DNA from: Candidatus Latescibacterota bacterium
GTDB lineage: Bacteria; Latescibacterota; UBA2968; UBA8231
Direction of reading: 5' to 3'
Assembly (NCBI GenBank): GCA_965223905.1
Contig: CBDCXV010000011.1
Location: 1,792,001-1,856,000, forward strand
DNA: 64,000 nt
Made by a program: the position numbers and the translations under genes
Shown here: one piece after another, positions 17,352-26,778 of the stretch
Layout: every line of letters begins with the position of its first letter
Numbering within the stretch: the first letter of the stretch is position 1
The notes under the pieces: generated by a model
Told to the model about the DNA's origin: nothing
The model's database searches: none
What the model saw: the letters and a program-made list of their open reading frames with translations, nothing else

Positions 17352-19481
17352 ATGGAATACCCAGAAGCCAAGAAATTCCTCGACACCCTGCCCGACTGGG
17401 AGCGGGGACGCCCGCCTTCCGGTCCCCTGCACTACTACCTGCCGCGCACCCGGGCGCTGCTGCGGCGGCTGGGGAATCCGCAGAACGACTTCCGCTCGAT
17501 CATCGTCGGCGGGACCAACGGCAAGGGCACGGTTGCCAGCCTCCTCGACGCCCTGCTGCGCGCCGACGGCAGGACCGGGCTCTACACCTCCCCCCACCTG
17601 CACAGCCAGCGGGAGCGCATCCAGGTCGACGGGCGGCTGCTCAGCGCCGACGACTGGGCCGACGCGGTTACCTTCCTGTACGACGCGACCCGCCGCTTCG
17701 ACGCGGAGGGATTCGGCGGCTTCTCGAAATTCGAGGCGCTCACCGCGCTCGCCGCCCACCTGTTCTCGGCGGCCGGGGTGGACTACGCGCTGTTCGAGGT
17801 CGGTCTCGGGGGGCGCTACGACGCCACCAACGCCTGGGATCACGAGCTCTCGATGCTGACCAGCATCGCCGTCGACCACGCCGACGTCCTGGGGGAGGAC
17901 GTCCTGGAGATCGCCGCGGACAAGCTCTGCATCGTGCGGCCCGGGCGGCCGCTGTTCACCACCGATGCCCACGAGGCCGGGGTCGCCGGGCGAATCCGAC
18001 GCCACTGCGAGTCCGCGGGTGTGCCCCTTTACCTGGCTGGCGCAGGAGGTGTCCGCAGCACCGGGTCCCCCCAATGCGGCCCCGGGATGCCGTACCCGGC
18101 CTGCCCGCGGCCTGATGGTCCGCGTCCCGGCTCGTACCCGGCCAACGCCCGCCTGGCCCTGGCCGCGGCAGCCTTCCTGCTGGGGGACCGCCTCGTCCCC
18201 GCGGATGCGGAAGCGACGATCGCCCGGCACCAGTGGCCGGGCCGCTTCGAGGCGGTCGAGCGCGACTGCCGGCCGCTGGTCCTGCTCGACGGCGCTCACA
18301 ACCGGGCCGCGGCCGCCAGCCTCGCCGCGGACCTGCGGGCCCTGCATCCGAAGTGGAGCTTCGTCGTCGGGGTCGGGAGCGGGCACGACGCCGGCGCCGT
18401 CCTCGACTGCCTGGCGCCGCTGGCGGGGCAGGTGATCGCCACCTCCTCCGGCCACCCCAAGGCCCTGCCGCCCGAGGATCTGCTGAACCACCTCCCTGCA
18501 GAGGCTCCAGCAACCGTCGAGCCCTTGGCCCGGGCCTTCGAGGTCGCCGCCTCGGGCAAGCTGCCTGTCTGCGTCACCGGATCGCTGGCCCTGGTCGCGC
18601 GCGCCCGCGAGCACTTCCGTCTCCCGTGCGAAACCGAGGGGATCAGCGAAGAGGTCGCCCTCGAAAGCCTCGAGTGCCTCGAAATCGCCTGTCGGGCGCG
18701 CCGGCTCGAGTGCGAGAGGGTAACGGGCAACGCCAACGTCCTGCGGGTGGACGAGGCGGGAGGGCCGTTCTACTTCCTGCGCAACCGCCACCCGTTCAAC
18801 GACTACGCCGCGGCCAGGCTGGCCGAGGACAAGGGCTACCAGTACGAGCTGTTTGCCGCGGCCGGCCTGCCGGTCCCCTGCTCGATGCAGGTGTTCAACC
18901 CGTACGCCGACGACCGCTTTCACCGCTACAAGACCCACGGCAGCGTCGAAGAGATGCTCGACGACGTCGAAACGCGCATGCAGTATCCCCTGCTCATCAA
19001 GAAGCCGCGCGCCTCGGTCTCCCAGGGAGTCTACCTCGAGCGCGACCGCGAGGGGGCCGCGAGGCGCCTGGAAAGCCTGTTCACCGGCGGAGGTTTTCTC
19101 GACAACAGCCTGCTGATCCAGGCCTTCGTCGAGGGAGTGGAGTACCGCATCGTCGCCAGCGAAGCGGAGCTGCTGCTCGCCTACGAGAAGACCAGCGACG
19201 AGGTAGGCGGCGGTCTCAACCCCCTTCATCACGCCAGCGGGCGCGCCGTCAAGGTCGGGGACGAGCCGCTGCTGGCAGCGATGGCTGAGCTCACCCGGCG
19301 CGTCGCCGCGGTGATCCGGCTAGGGTTCTACGCCATCGACGTCATCGACGGCCCCGGGGGCCTGCGCATCATCGAGCTCAACCCCAACCCGTTCTGCTTC
19401 TTCTACAACCGCAGCAACGGGCGCGGCGACTTCGTCGCCATCTACGAACACCTCCTCGACAAGTACTTTCTCCGGACATGA
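17352..19481 (+). CDS. FolC-type folylpolyglutamate synthase (Mur ligase fold) fused to a C-terminal RimK-like ATP-grasp ligase
   Basis: N-part: VGGTNGKGT, GLYTSPHL..RERI, FEALT, EVGLGGRYDATN, WPGRFE, LDGAHN, VTGSL. C-part: DKGYQYELF..AGLPVP, YPLLIKKP.ASVSQGV, LIQAFVEG.EYRI, YAIDVI, IIELNPNP. Confidence 0.85.
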   Translation: MEYPEAKKFLDTLPDWERGRPPSGPLHYYLPRTRALLRRLGNPQNDFRSIIVGGTNGKGTVASLLDALLRADGRTGLYTSPHLHSQRERIQVDGRLLSADDWADAVTFLYDATRRFDAEGFGGFSKFEALTALAAHLFSAAGVDYALFEVGLGGRYDATNAWDHELSMLTSIAVDHADVLGEDVLEIAADKLCIVRPGRPLFTTDAHEAGVAGRIRRHCESAGVPLYLAGAGGVRSTGSPQCGPGMPYPACPRPDGPRPGSYPANARLALAAAAFLLGDRLVPADAEATIARHQWPGRFEAVERDCRPLVLLDGAHNRAAAASLAADLRALHPKWSFVVGVGSGHDAGAVLDCLAPLAGQVIATSSGHPKALPPEDLLNHLPAEAPATVEPLARAFEVAASGKLPVCVTGSLALVARAREHFRLPCETEGISEEVALESLECLEIACRARRLECERVTGNANVLRVDEAGGPFYFLRNRHPFNDYAAARLAEDKGYQYELFAAAGLPVPCSMQVFNPYADDRFHRYKTHGSVEEMLDDVETRMQYPLLIKKPRASVSQGVYLERDREGAARRLESLFTGGGFLDNSLLIQAFVEGVEYRIVASEAELLLAYEKTSDEVGGGLNPLHHASGRAVKVGDEPLLAAMAELTRRVAAVIRLGFYAIDVIDGPGGLRIIELNPNPFCFFYNRSNGRGDFVAIYEHLLDKYFLRT

Positions 19482-20632
19482 GCAAAAAGCGCGATATCGA
19501 GACCGACCTCATCCATTCGGGAGAGGGGGACAAGATCGAGGGCTCGGTGGTGCTGCCGGTGTTTCAGAGCGCCACCTACCTGTCGGGCGGGGAAACGGCG
19601 TACGAGGAGATCCGCTATCTGCGCCTCAACAACAGCCCCAATCACCGCGTCCTGCACGCCAAGCTCGCCGCGGTCTGCGGCGGCGAGGCCGCAATCGTCA
19701 CCTCTTCGGGGATGGCGGCGATCGCCGCGACCCTGATGGGGCTGCTGAAGGCGGGAGACCGCCTGCTGGCGCAGAGCTGCCTGTACGGGGGCACCCACAG
19801 CCTGTTCACCTGCGACCTTCCCGACTTCGGGCTGCAGGTGGATTTCATCGACGGCAACCGCCCCGACACCTGGGGCGAGGCGGCGACCCGGCGAACGCGC
19901 GCCATCTACGTCGAGACCATGGCCAACCCGCTGCTGGAAGTGGCCGATCTCGAAGCGGTGGTGGCTTTCGCGCGCGAGCGCGGCCTGATGTCCATCATCG
20001 ACAACACCTTCGGCACCCCGGTCAATTTCCGGTCGCTGCAACTGGGGTTCGACGTCGAGATTCACAGCGCCACCAAGTACCTCAACGGCCACTCCGACAT
20101 CGTCGCCGGCTGCGTCGTCGCCAACGGGGAGCTGATCTCCCGGATCGGGCGCCGGCTCAACCATCTCGGCGCAACCCTCGATCCGCACGCCTGTTTCCTG
20201 CTGCACCGGGGGATGAAGACGATGGCGCTGAGGGTGCGGCACCAGAACGCCTCGGCGTTGGCCCTAGCCGGGGCGCTCGAGCGCTGCGAGGCCGTGACGC
20301 AGGTGAACTACCCCGGGCTGGCCTCGCATCCCCAGCACGAGCGCGCGGCGCGGCTCTTCTCCGGCTGCGGCGGGGTCCTGAGCTTCGAGCTTTGCGGGGG
20401 AAGGCCGGCTGCGGAGAAGCTGCTGGAGCGGCTGCGGATACCGGCTTCGGCCCCCAGCCTCGGGGGCGTCGAGACCCTGATCACGCGGCCGGCAGCGACC
20501 TCGCACGCCGGCCTGTCGGAAGCGGAGCGGCAGACCCTGGGAATCGGCAGCGGCCTCGTCCGGGTGGCGGTCGGCATCGAGTCCGCGGCCGACCTGATCG
20601 CCGATTTCGAGCAGGGGCTGGCGGGGCTGTAG
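19478..20632 (+). CDS. PLP-dependent Cys/Met metabolism enzyme (cystathionine gamma-synthase/methionine gamma-lyase family)
   Basis: PVFQSATY, SSGMAAI, LYGGT, DNTF.TP, HSATKYLNGHSD, APSLGGVETL, RVAVGIE. ATGA overlap with the upstream gene. Confidence 0.9.
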   Translation: MSKKRDIETDLIHSGEGDKIEGSVVLPVFQSATYLSGGETAYEEIRYLRLNNSPNHRVLHAKLAAVCGGEAAIVTSSGMAAIAATLMGLLKAGDRLLAQSCLYGGTHSLFTCDLPDFGLQVDFIDGNRPDTWGEAATRRTRAIYVETMANPLLEVADLEAVVAFARERGLMSIIDNTFGTPVNFRSLQLGFDVEIHSATKYLNGHSDIVAGCVVANGELISRIGRRLNHLGATLDPHACFLLHRGMKTMALRVRHQNASALALAGALERCEAVTQVNYPGLASHPQHERAARLFSGCGGVLSFELCGGRPAAEKLLERLRIPASAPSLGGVETLITRPAATSHAGLSEAERQTLGIGSGLVRVAVGIESAADLIADFEQGLAGL

Positions 20633-20647
20633 GGGCTCCGGGGCTCC

Positions 20648-21832
20648 TCAGGCTCGTTCCTCTTCACGGGAGGGACCTGCCTCCTCCCCCCGGGCCTGAA
20701 GGCCGCGGCCGGACGGCAGAAAGAGGGCGAGAACCGCGGTCGCGACCGGCAGGACGGCGAGCAGGGTCAGGGCCGACTCGACGCCGATCCGTTCGGCGAG
20801 GTAGCCGATCGGCGCCAGCGTCAGTCCCGCGATCCCCCAGCTGAACCCAAGAGGCAGACTCGAGGCCAGTCCGGAGCTTTTCGGCACCAGTTCCTGGGCC
20901 ATGGCGACCAGCAGCGAGTTGGAGGCCATCACCATGGCGCCGCCGATTGCCAGCATTCCGTAGGCGACGAGGCCGTCGCTGTGGAGATAGCCGTAGAGGG
21001 AGGGAGCCGCGGCCAGGATCGATCCCCAGATCAGCGGCTTTCTGTCGAGGCGGTCCCCGAGATAGCCGAACAGCAACGCCCCGGCGACCCCTGCGAGGTT
21101 GTACAGCGAGAGCGGTATTCCTCCTGCGACGAGGTCGAGCCCGCGCGCCTCGGACAGCACCGGCAGGTAGAACCCGAAGCCCAGCCCGGTAACCGAGCGC
21201 AGGATGACGACGACCGTCATCAACAGCAGGATCCGCTTCCTGCCCTGCAGGCTGGCGCGCAGCGAGGTCCGTTGCCCATGGACCACGTGAGGGTTGTCGA
21301 GAGGCACGAAACGCCAGATCAGCAGAACGAGCAGAAGCCCGGGAAGGCCGGCCGCGGGCAGCCACTCCAGGCCGATCTCGGTGGCGTACCAGGGGACCCA
21401 GAGCGGCGAGAAGCCGAGTCCGAGGGTGCCGCCGAACACGAACAGGGCGATGCCGAAGGAGCGCCTGTGGCCGCTGAGCTCGCCGGCGAGCGAGAACGCC
21501 TGGGGGTGGAACGCTGCGACCCCGAGGCCCCCGAGGCAGAGCACGACCAGCAGCGTCCCGTAGTTGGAGACGATCCCGAGCATCGGGGTGAACAGGCCGG
21601 CCATGAGCAGACCGGCCAGCACGAGGTAGCGCCGGCGCATGCCGTCGGCCCACACCCCCAGCAGCGGCTGCGACAGGCTGCACAGCGAGGTGATGGTGCC
21701 GAGAAAGCCTGCCGAGGTCAGGGAAATCCCGAGCCGGCTGATGACGAGCGGCAGCACCGGGGCCAGCATCTGGGCGTACGAGTCGACGCAGAAATGCCCG
21801 ACGGCGATGAGGAAGAGCATGCCCTTGCGCAC
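20648..21832 (-). CDS. MFS transporter (Fsr-like)
   Basis: GHFCVDSY...LPL, SLSQPLLG.WAD, GLGVAAFHP; about 12 TM segments. Confidence 0.85.
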   Translation of the reverse strand: MRKGMLFLIAVGHFCVDSYAQMLAPVLPLVISRLGISLTSAGFLGTITSLCSLSQPLLGVWADGMRRRYLVLAGLLMAGLFTPMLGIVSNYGTLLVVLCLGGLGVAAFHPQAFSLAGELSGHRRSFGIALFVFGGTLGLGFSPLWVPWYATEIGLEWLPAAGLPGLLLVLLIWRFVPLDNPHVVHGQRTSLRASLQGRKRILLLMTVVVILRSVTGLGFGFYLPVLSEARGLDLVAGGIPLSLYNLAGVAGALLFGYLGDRLDRKPLIWGSILAAAPSLYGYLHSDGLVAYGMLAIGGAMVMASNSLLVAMAQELVPKSSGLASSLPLGFSWGIAGLTLAPIGYLAERIGVESALTLLAVLPVATAVLALFLPSGRGLQARGEEAGPSREEERA

Positions 21833-21846
21833 GAGCGTTCCCCGAG

Positions 21847-23076
21847 TCAGGCCGCGGCGGGGTGCAGCTTCCGGTCAAGCCGCCGGCAGAGCCTGTACAG
21901 GCATGCGGTCCCGGCCAGGGAGAGCGCCGCCCCGGTGAAAAACGGAAGCCCGGTATCGATCTCCACCAGCAGGCCTCCCGCCAGGCCGCCGAGCGCCATC
22001 GCCGCGCTCCAGGCGAGGTGGCCGAGTCCGACGAGCCGGTTCTTCTGCGCGGCCGGGGCCACTTCGTCGATCAACCCCGGGACCAGCACCGAGACCGCCC
22101 AGGCGGTCGCCGCCAACCCCGTACCGAACAGGAACAGCCCGGTCAGGGAATCGGCCCGGAACCCCAGGCAGAGCGCGCAGGCGGGGATTCCGGCAGCCGA
22201 GACCAGCAGCGGCCGGGTACGTCCACAGCGGTCCCGCAACCAACCGGCGGCGACTTGGCAGACCGCGGCCGCAGCCAGGGACACCGCCCCGTACCAGGCC
22301 GCCACCGCGGCGCTGCCACTGACGCGAAACACCAGGAGGGGCAGCACCAGGATCGCCATGCCCCAGAAAGAGGTGATGCCCAGACGCATGCCGACGAGAA
22401 GGTGGACCTCGCGCTGCCGCAGCAAGGGGCGGTAGGCTCGCCACAGCGACAACTTCTCCGGCCTCCGGGAAGCCGGCCCGGAGATATCGGGGAGCAGCAG
22501 CACGGCGGCGAGGACCACTCCGGTCGCTCCGGCCGTCATGGCCGCGCCGATCTGCTGAAAGCTCCACAGCGGTTTCAACAGGCCGGTGCAGAGGCTGCCC
22601 GCAGAGCTGCCGAGGGTGTAGGTGAGGAAGAACAGGGCCCCTCCGAGACCGAGACGTTCCGGTCCGGCGGAGGCGATGAGGTAGCTCTGGCCGGCGGCGC
22701 TCATAGGTCCGGCGGCGATTCCGGCGAGAAGCACGAAGAAGGTCAGGATGCGGAAGTCGGTGCTCTGGAAAGCCAGGCCCGCGGCGATCGATCCGGCCAG
22801 TCCGACAAGCAGCATCGGCTTCAGTCCCAAAAGGTCGCACAGGCGGCCTCCGACCAGGGCGAAGATGCCGCCCAGCGCGAACATCAGGGTGCGCAGGTAT
22901 CCGGTGAACAGGGGTCTCGCGCCGACGTCGGCATCGACGTAGACCGGCAGCAGGGTGGCGAAGGGAGCGGCGGTGAAGTGGCTGAAAAAGGAGACGGCGC
23001 AGAGGACGGCGAAGGCACGGCTCGCGAGTCCGGGTGCGGTCGGCGGAGCCGTGCCTCGCACGTCCTGATCCGTCAC
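21847..23076 (-). CDS. MFS transporter
   Basis: Motif A-like GGRLCDLLGLK and GWLRDRCGRTR; about 12 TM segments. Confidence 0.8.
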   Translation of the reverse strand: MTDQDVRGTAPPTAPGLASRAFAVLCAVSFFSHFTAAPFATLLPVYVDADVGARPLFTGYLRTLMFALGGIFALVGGRLCDLLGLKPMLLVGLAGSIAAGLAFQSTDFRILTFFVLLAGIAAGPMSAAGQSYLIASAGPERLGLGGALFFLTYTLGSSAGSLCTGLLKPLWSFQQIGAAMTAGATGVVLAAVLLLPDISGPASRRPEKLSLWRAYRPLLRQREVHLLVGMRLGITSFWGMAILVLPLLVFRVSGSAAVAAWYGAVSLAAAAVCQVAAGWLRDRCGRTRPLLVSAAGIPACALCLGFRADSLTGLFLFGTGLAATAWAVSVLVPGLIDEVAPAAQKNRLVGLGHLAWSAAMALGGLAGGLLVEIDTGLPFFTGAALSLAGTACLYRLCRRLDRKLHPAAA

Positions 23077-23125
23077 TGTCTCATCGGCAGGTCTTCGGGC
23101 GCCCCGGATGCGAAGGCGTGGGGCT

Positions 23126-24100
23126 CTACTTCTTGCTGTCGCCGACGTTGTTGCGCAGCACGCCGATACGCGAGATCTCGATCTCGACCCGGTCTCCGTC
23201 GCTCAGGAAGGAGCCGGTGGTGGCGCCGACGCCGGAGATCGTGCCGGTGCTGATGATGTCGCCCGGCTCGAGCGTGATGATCGCCGAGATGTACTCGACG
23301 ATGCTCGCCACCGGGTACAGCATCTGGCCGGTGTTGTTGAACTGCTTGCGCAGGCCGTTGACGTAGGTGCTGATGTTGAGATCCTGCGGGTTCCTGATCT
23401 CGTCGGAGGTCACCATCCAGGGCCCCTGGGGGGCGAAGGTGTCCAGCCACTTGCCGTTGAGCCAGTCGAACCATTCGTCTTTGGGACGGCTTTTGGTGCG
23501 CTTCTTGATCAGGAGACTGCGTTCGGACACGTCGTTCATGACTGTGTAGCCGGCGACGTGCTTGAGAGCGTCGGCGGCTTTCACGCCCTTGGCGCGGCGG
23601 CCGATCACCACGGCGAGCTCCCCCTCCCAGTCGATGGACTGGGCGACCGGCGGGATGCGGATGGTGTCGCCCGGACCGATGACGGTGGTCGTGGGGGGCT
23701 TCATGAAGACGCGGGGGGTCTCCTTGTCCTGCAGGGCCATCTTGCCGCCGCCCTCTTCGATGTGGTCCTGGTAGTTGCCGGCGAGGCAGAACAGCTTGCG
23801 CGGGTTGGGAACCGGGGCCTTGAGGCGCACCCGCGTCAGGGGCAGGGTGGTTTTTCCGTCCGCCTTGGGCGGGTCGCCGAGGTTTTCTTCCACCGCTTTC
23901 ACCGCCTTGCGCGCCGCGGACATGCCTCTCACGCCTGCTCCGAGCAGCGACAGCATGCTGTCGAAACACCCTGCGGGCTGGCGCTTCTCCTTCCGCGCCA
24001 GGGCGCGGTCGGCAGCATCGAGGGGGACGACGATCTTGTCCTGGGCCACGACGGCCCCGACGTATTCTTCCTTCTTGGAGGTGTAGGTGATCAGCTTCAT
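23126..24100 (-). CDS. Fumarylacetoacetate hydrolase family protein
   Basis: KLFCLAGNY.DH, PRVFMKP, DWEGELAVVIG, GYTVMNDVSER, GKWLDTFAPQGPW, LEPGDIISTGT. Confidence 0.9.
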   Translation of the reverse strand: MKLITYTSKKEEYVGAVVAQDKIVVPLDAADRALARKEKRQPAGCFDSMLSLLGAGVRGMSAARKAVKAVEENLGDPPKADGKTTLPLTRVRLKAPVPNPRKLFCLAGNYQDHIEEGGGKMALQDKETPRVFMKPPTTTVIGPGDTIRIPPVAQSIDWEGELAVVIGRRAKGVKAADALKHVAGYTVMNDVSERSLLIKKRTKSRPKDEWFDWLNGKWLDTFAPQGPWMVTSDEIRNPQDLNISTYVNGLRKQFNNTGQMLYPVASIVEYISAIITLEPGDIISTGTISGVGATTGSFLSDGDRVEIEISRIGVLRNNVGDSKK

Positions 24101-24189
24101 GCGAACCTTCCCCTTACTATTTTTGACGGTGAACGGACTGTTGTTCTTCTCATCGGCCCGCGGCCTGCGGGCCATTCCCGAGAGCGCCC

Positions 24190-24765
24190 ATGACGACCGA
24201 AGCGGGATTCTACGTCCACCCCACCGCGGTGATCGACCAGCCTTGCGAGATCGGAAGCGGAACCAGAGTCTGGCATTTCAGCCACGTAATGGCCGGAGCG
24301 CGCATCGGCGAAAACTGCATTCTCGGACAGAACGTCTACGTCGACCGCGAGGTGCGGATCGGCAGTGGCTGCAAGATCCAGAACAACGTTTCGGTCTACA
24401 AAGGGGTGCTGCTGGAAGACCGCGTGTTCTGCGGTCCCTCCGTGACGTTCACCAATGTAATTAATCCCCGCGCCTTCATCGAGCGCAAGGAGGAATTCAG
24501 GCCGACCACCGTCGGTGAGGGAGCCACTCTCGGGGCCAACGCCACGATCGTGTGCGGCCTGGCGATCGGCCGCTATGCCCTCGTAGGGGCCGGGTCCGTC
24601 GTCATTCGGGACGTTCCCGCCCACGCCCTGGTCGTCGGGGTACCGTCGCGCCAGGTGGGCTGGGTCTGCCACTGTGGGACGACCCTGCCCGAAGGCGGGG
24701 AACCTGCCTGTCGATCGTGCGGGAACCGCTACCGGCTGGACGGGAACCTGCTCGAACCGGCATAA
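24190..24765 (+). CDS. Hexapeptide-repeat N-acetyltransferase (WbpD-like)
   Basis: VHPTAVID, RVWHFSH, CILGQN, KIQNNVSVY, FTNVINPR, GANATIVCG and a C-terminal CxC..C..C zinc knuckle. Confidence 0.9.
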   Translation: MTTEAGFYVHPTAVIDQPCEIGSGTRVWHFSHVMAGARIGENCILGQNVYVDREVRIGSGCKIQNNVSVYKGVLLEDRVFCGPSVTFTNVINPRAFIERKEEFRPTTVGEGATLGANATIVCGLAIGRYALVGAGSVVIRDVPAHALVVGVPSRQVGWVCHCGTTLPEGGEPACRSCGNRYRLDGNLLEPA

Positions 24766-24905
24766 GAGTCCGCGACAAGACGGATTCGGCGCTCCGTCCC
24801 TCGACCCTTGCCCGGAATTCCGGCACCCGGGGAGGCCGTCCCGATTCTCAGAGGCAGACCCCTTGGTGCAGATCCAACCGCCCCGCCATTTCACCGCGGC
24901 TTGCG

Positions 24906-25769
24906 TCAGTCCGTCGGGTACGATAGCGGCATCGTCGGTTCCCGCTCCTGGTGGCGGGTGCGCCCGCGGATCTCCATGGCGTGATATTCATCTATGAAGG
25001 CCGCCAGGTTCCGGCTCGCCTCCTCGAACACGATCCTGCCTTTTTCCGCGGTCGCTTTCTCCGCCTCCCCCATCACGCCGCTGTCCGAGTACTGGCTCGT
25101 CCACTGGATCAGTCCCATCGGCCCGGCGCTGAACAGGTCGGTCCAGACGAACTTCGAGCCGAGCTGGTTGGTCCTGGCGATCTCGCTCCTGATCTTCTCC
25201 TTGCGAACGCTCTCCGGGGACAGGTACAGCAGCATCGAGGTCTCGAGCTCGCAGGCGTGCGAGCAGCCCCCGGGGAAGACGCTCTCCCGCCATTCCTTGT
25301 CGAAGTCGGGGTTCACCCTCAACAGCTGCCACCAGCTGCAGAAGACGCAGCTCGCGTCGGTCTCGACGTGCACGCGCCGCGACACCATGTCGACGAGGTT
25401 GTGGTTAGAGCCGTGCCCGTTGACGAGGATCATCTTCTTGAAGCCGTGGTAGGCGAGCGACTTGCAAATATCGAGGACGTACTGGATGAAGTGCTCGAAG
25501 TGGATGTTGAGGGAGCCGGGAAAATCCATGACGTGGTGGACGTACCCGTAGGTGACCGGCGGCAGCACCAGGCTCAGCTCCGGTTTCAGTCGCGCCGCTT
25601 CCGCGGCGACGGAGTGGGCGCAGAGGTGGTCGACCTTCAGCGGCAGGTGGTGTCCGTGCTGTTCCACGGATCCGGTGGCGAGAATGGGGATCTTGCCCAT
25701 CTCCACGGCCTCGTTCACTTCGGGCCAGGTCAGCTCGTCGAACTGGTAGATCTCCTTCACCGATGGCAT
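24906..25769 (-). CDS. Creatininase/creatinine amidohydrolase family protein
   Basis: LTWPEV, GSVEQHGHHLPLKVD, NGHGSN, HACELETS, GVMG....ATAEKG. Confidence 0.9.
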   Translation of the reverse strand: MPSVKEIYQFDELTWPEVNEAVEMGKIPILATGSVEQHGHHLPLKVDHLCAHSVAAEAARLKPELSLVLPPVTYGYVHHVMDFPGSLNIHFEHFIQYVLDICKSLAYHGFKKMILVNGHGSNHNLVDMVSRRVHVETDASCVFCSWWQLLRVNPDFDKEWRESVFPGGCSHACELETSMLLYLSPESVRKEKIRSEIARTNQLGSKFVWTDLFSAGPMGLIQWTSQYSDSGVMGEAEKATAEKGRIVFEEASRNLAAFIDEYHAMEIRGRTRHQEREPTMPLSYPTD

Positions 25770-25928
25770 GCGGGGTTCTCCTGTGTTCGGGTGGAGGGGG
25801 AGGATGCCGGGCAGACCGCTTGGTCCCCCCGAAAGGAGCCGCGGTAGCGCTTCGGCCCCGGTCGAGTTCAGCCCGTTGAACAAGCCCATCCGGCCTGCAG
25901 CTTGCAGAGCAATTCTATCAACGGACAG

Positions 25929-26618
25929 TCAGGCCGATGCCGCCCAGTCGACATCGATTTCGTAAGAGAGGGGATCGCGGACCCCGTTGGCGCGGAACGC
26001 CGCTATGCGCTCGCTGCAGGCATCGCAGCGTCCGCACGCCGGCCGCCGCCCGGTGTAGCAGGTGTGGGTAAGCTCGTACGGGACCTGCAGGCGCCGCCCC
26101 TCGGCGATCACCCAGGCCTTCCACCTGTCGATCAACGGCGTGTGGATACGGTAGCGCCCTTCCTCGGCGGCGCCCAGCCCCAGAGTCTCCTCGACGCTGT
26201 CGTAAAACTCGCGGCGGCAATCGCGGTAGGCCTCGTAGTCTTCGCGCACCGCCGCAATGAACAGGTCGCGAATTCCGCGGGCCCCGGCGTACGCGGCACA
26301 GGCGGCGATGAACAGCAAGTTGCGGAACGGCACGACGGTGGCGCGCTGGCGCAACTCGTCGGCGTCTGGCACCTCGAGGGCGCCGTCGGTCAGCGGGTTT
26401 CCCCCGAGAGCGGACAGCAGCTCGAGGCCGAGCTCCTCGTGTCTTTCGACTCCGGCCCGGGCAGCGAGCTTGCGGGCGTACTCGAGCTCGACGCGATGGC
26501 GCTGGCCGTAGTCGATGGCGACCGTGTGGACCGGCCCCGGCCAACTGCCGCACACCTGCCAGAGACAGGTCGCCGAATCCATCCCGCCGCTGAGCAGGAC
26601 GGCGCAGGGAGCGGTCAC
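25929..26618 (-). CDS. queC: 7-cyano-7-deazaguanine synthase QueC (start uncertain)
   Basis: VLLSGGMDSAT, DYGQRH..E, VVPFRN, YRDCRREF, THTCY.G...CGRCDAC..R, DPL.Y. Confidence 0.9.
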   Translation of the reverse strand: MTAPCAVLLSGGMDSATCLWQVCGSWPGPVHTVAIDYGQRHRVELEYARKLAARAGVERHEELGLELLSALGGNPLTDGALEVPDADELRQRATVVPFRNLLFIAACAAYAGARGIRDLFIAAVREDYEAYRDCRREFYDSVEETLGLGAAEEGRYRIHTPLIDRWKAWVIAEGRRLQVPYELTHTCYTGRRPACGRCDACSERIAAFRANGVRDPLSYEIDVDWAASA

Positions 26619-26778
26619 GGCGCCTGCCGGGAGCGGTGCCGCGGGGAGCGCTGAAACGAGCCCGGGATTCTCAGGGGGAAGCGATAGCGGGCCGCCATGA
26701 GCCACCTGTTCATTCGTTGACGGCGCCGTACGGCGGTGATACGTTGGCATATCGATCGCGTATTGGCGGATTGCGACT

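Noticed and set aside
17352-19481. Cyanophycin synthetase CphA
   Set aside because: Domain order is reversed, the protein is shorter, and the Mur-fold part carries FolC-specific motifs (TSPHL, GLGGRYDATN).
24906-25769. Mycofactocin peptidase MftE or a RiPP cluster
   Set aside because: Generic creatininase family; no precursor peptide, RRE protein or SPASM radical SAM nearby (the only radical SAM gene is MoaA).
25929-26618. QatC or Dpd-type anti-phage QueC
   Set aside because: Canonical ~230-aa QueC with no qatABD, TatD or dpd neighbours.
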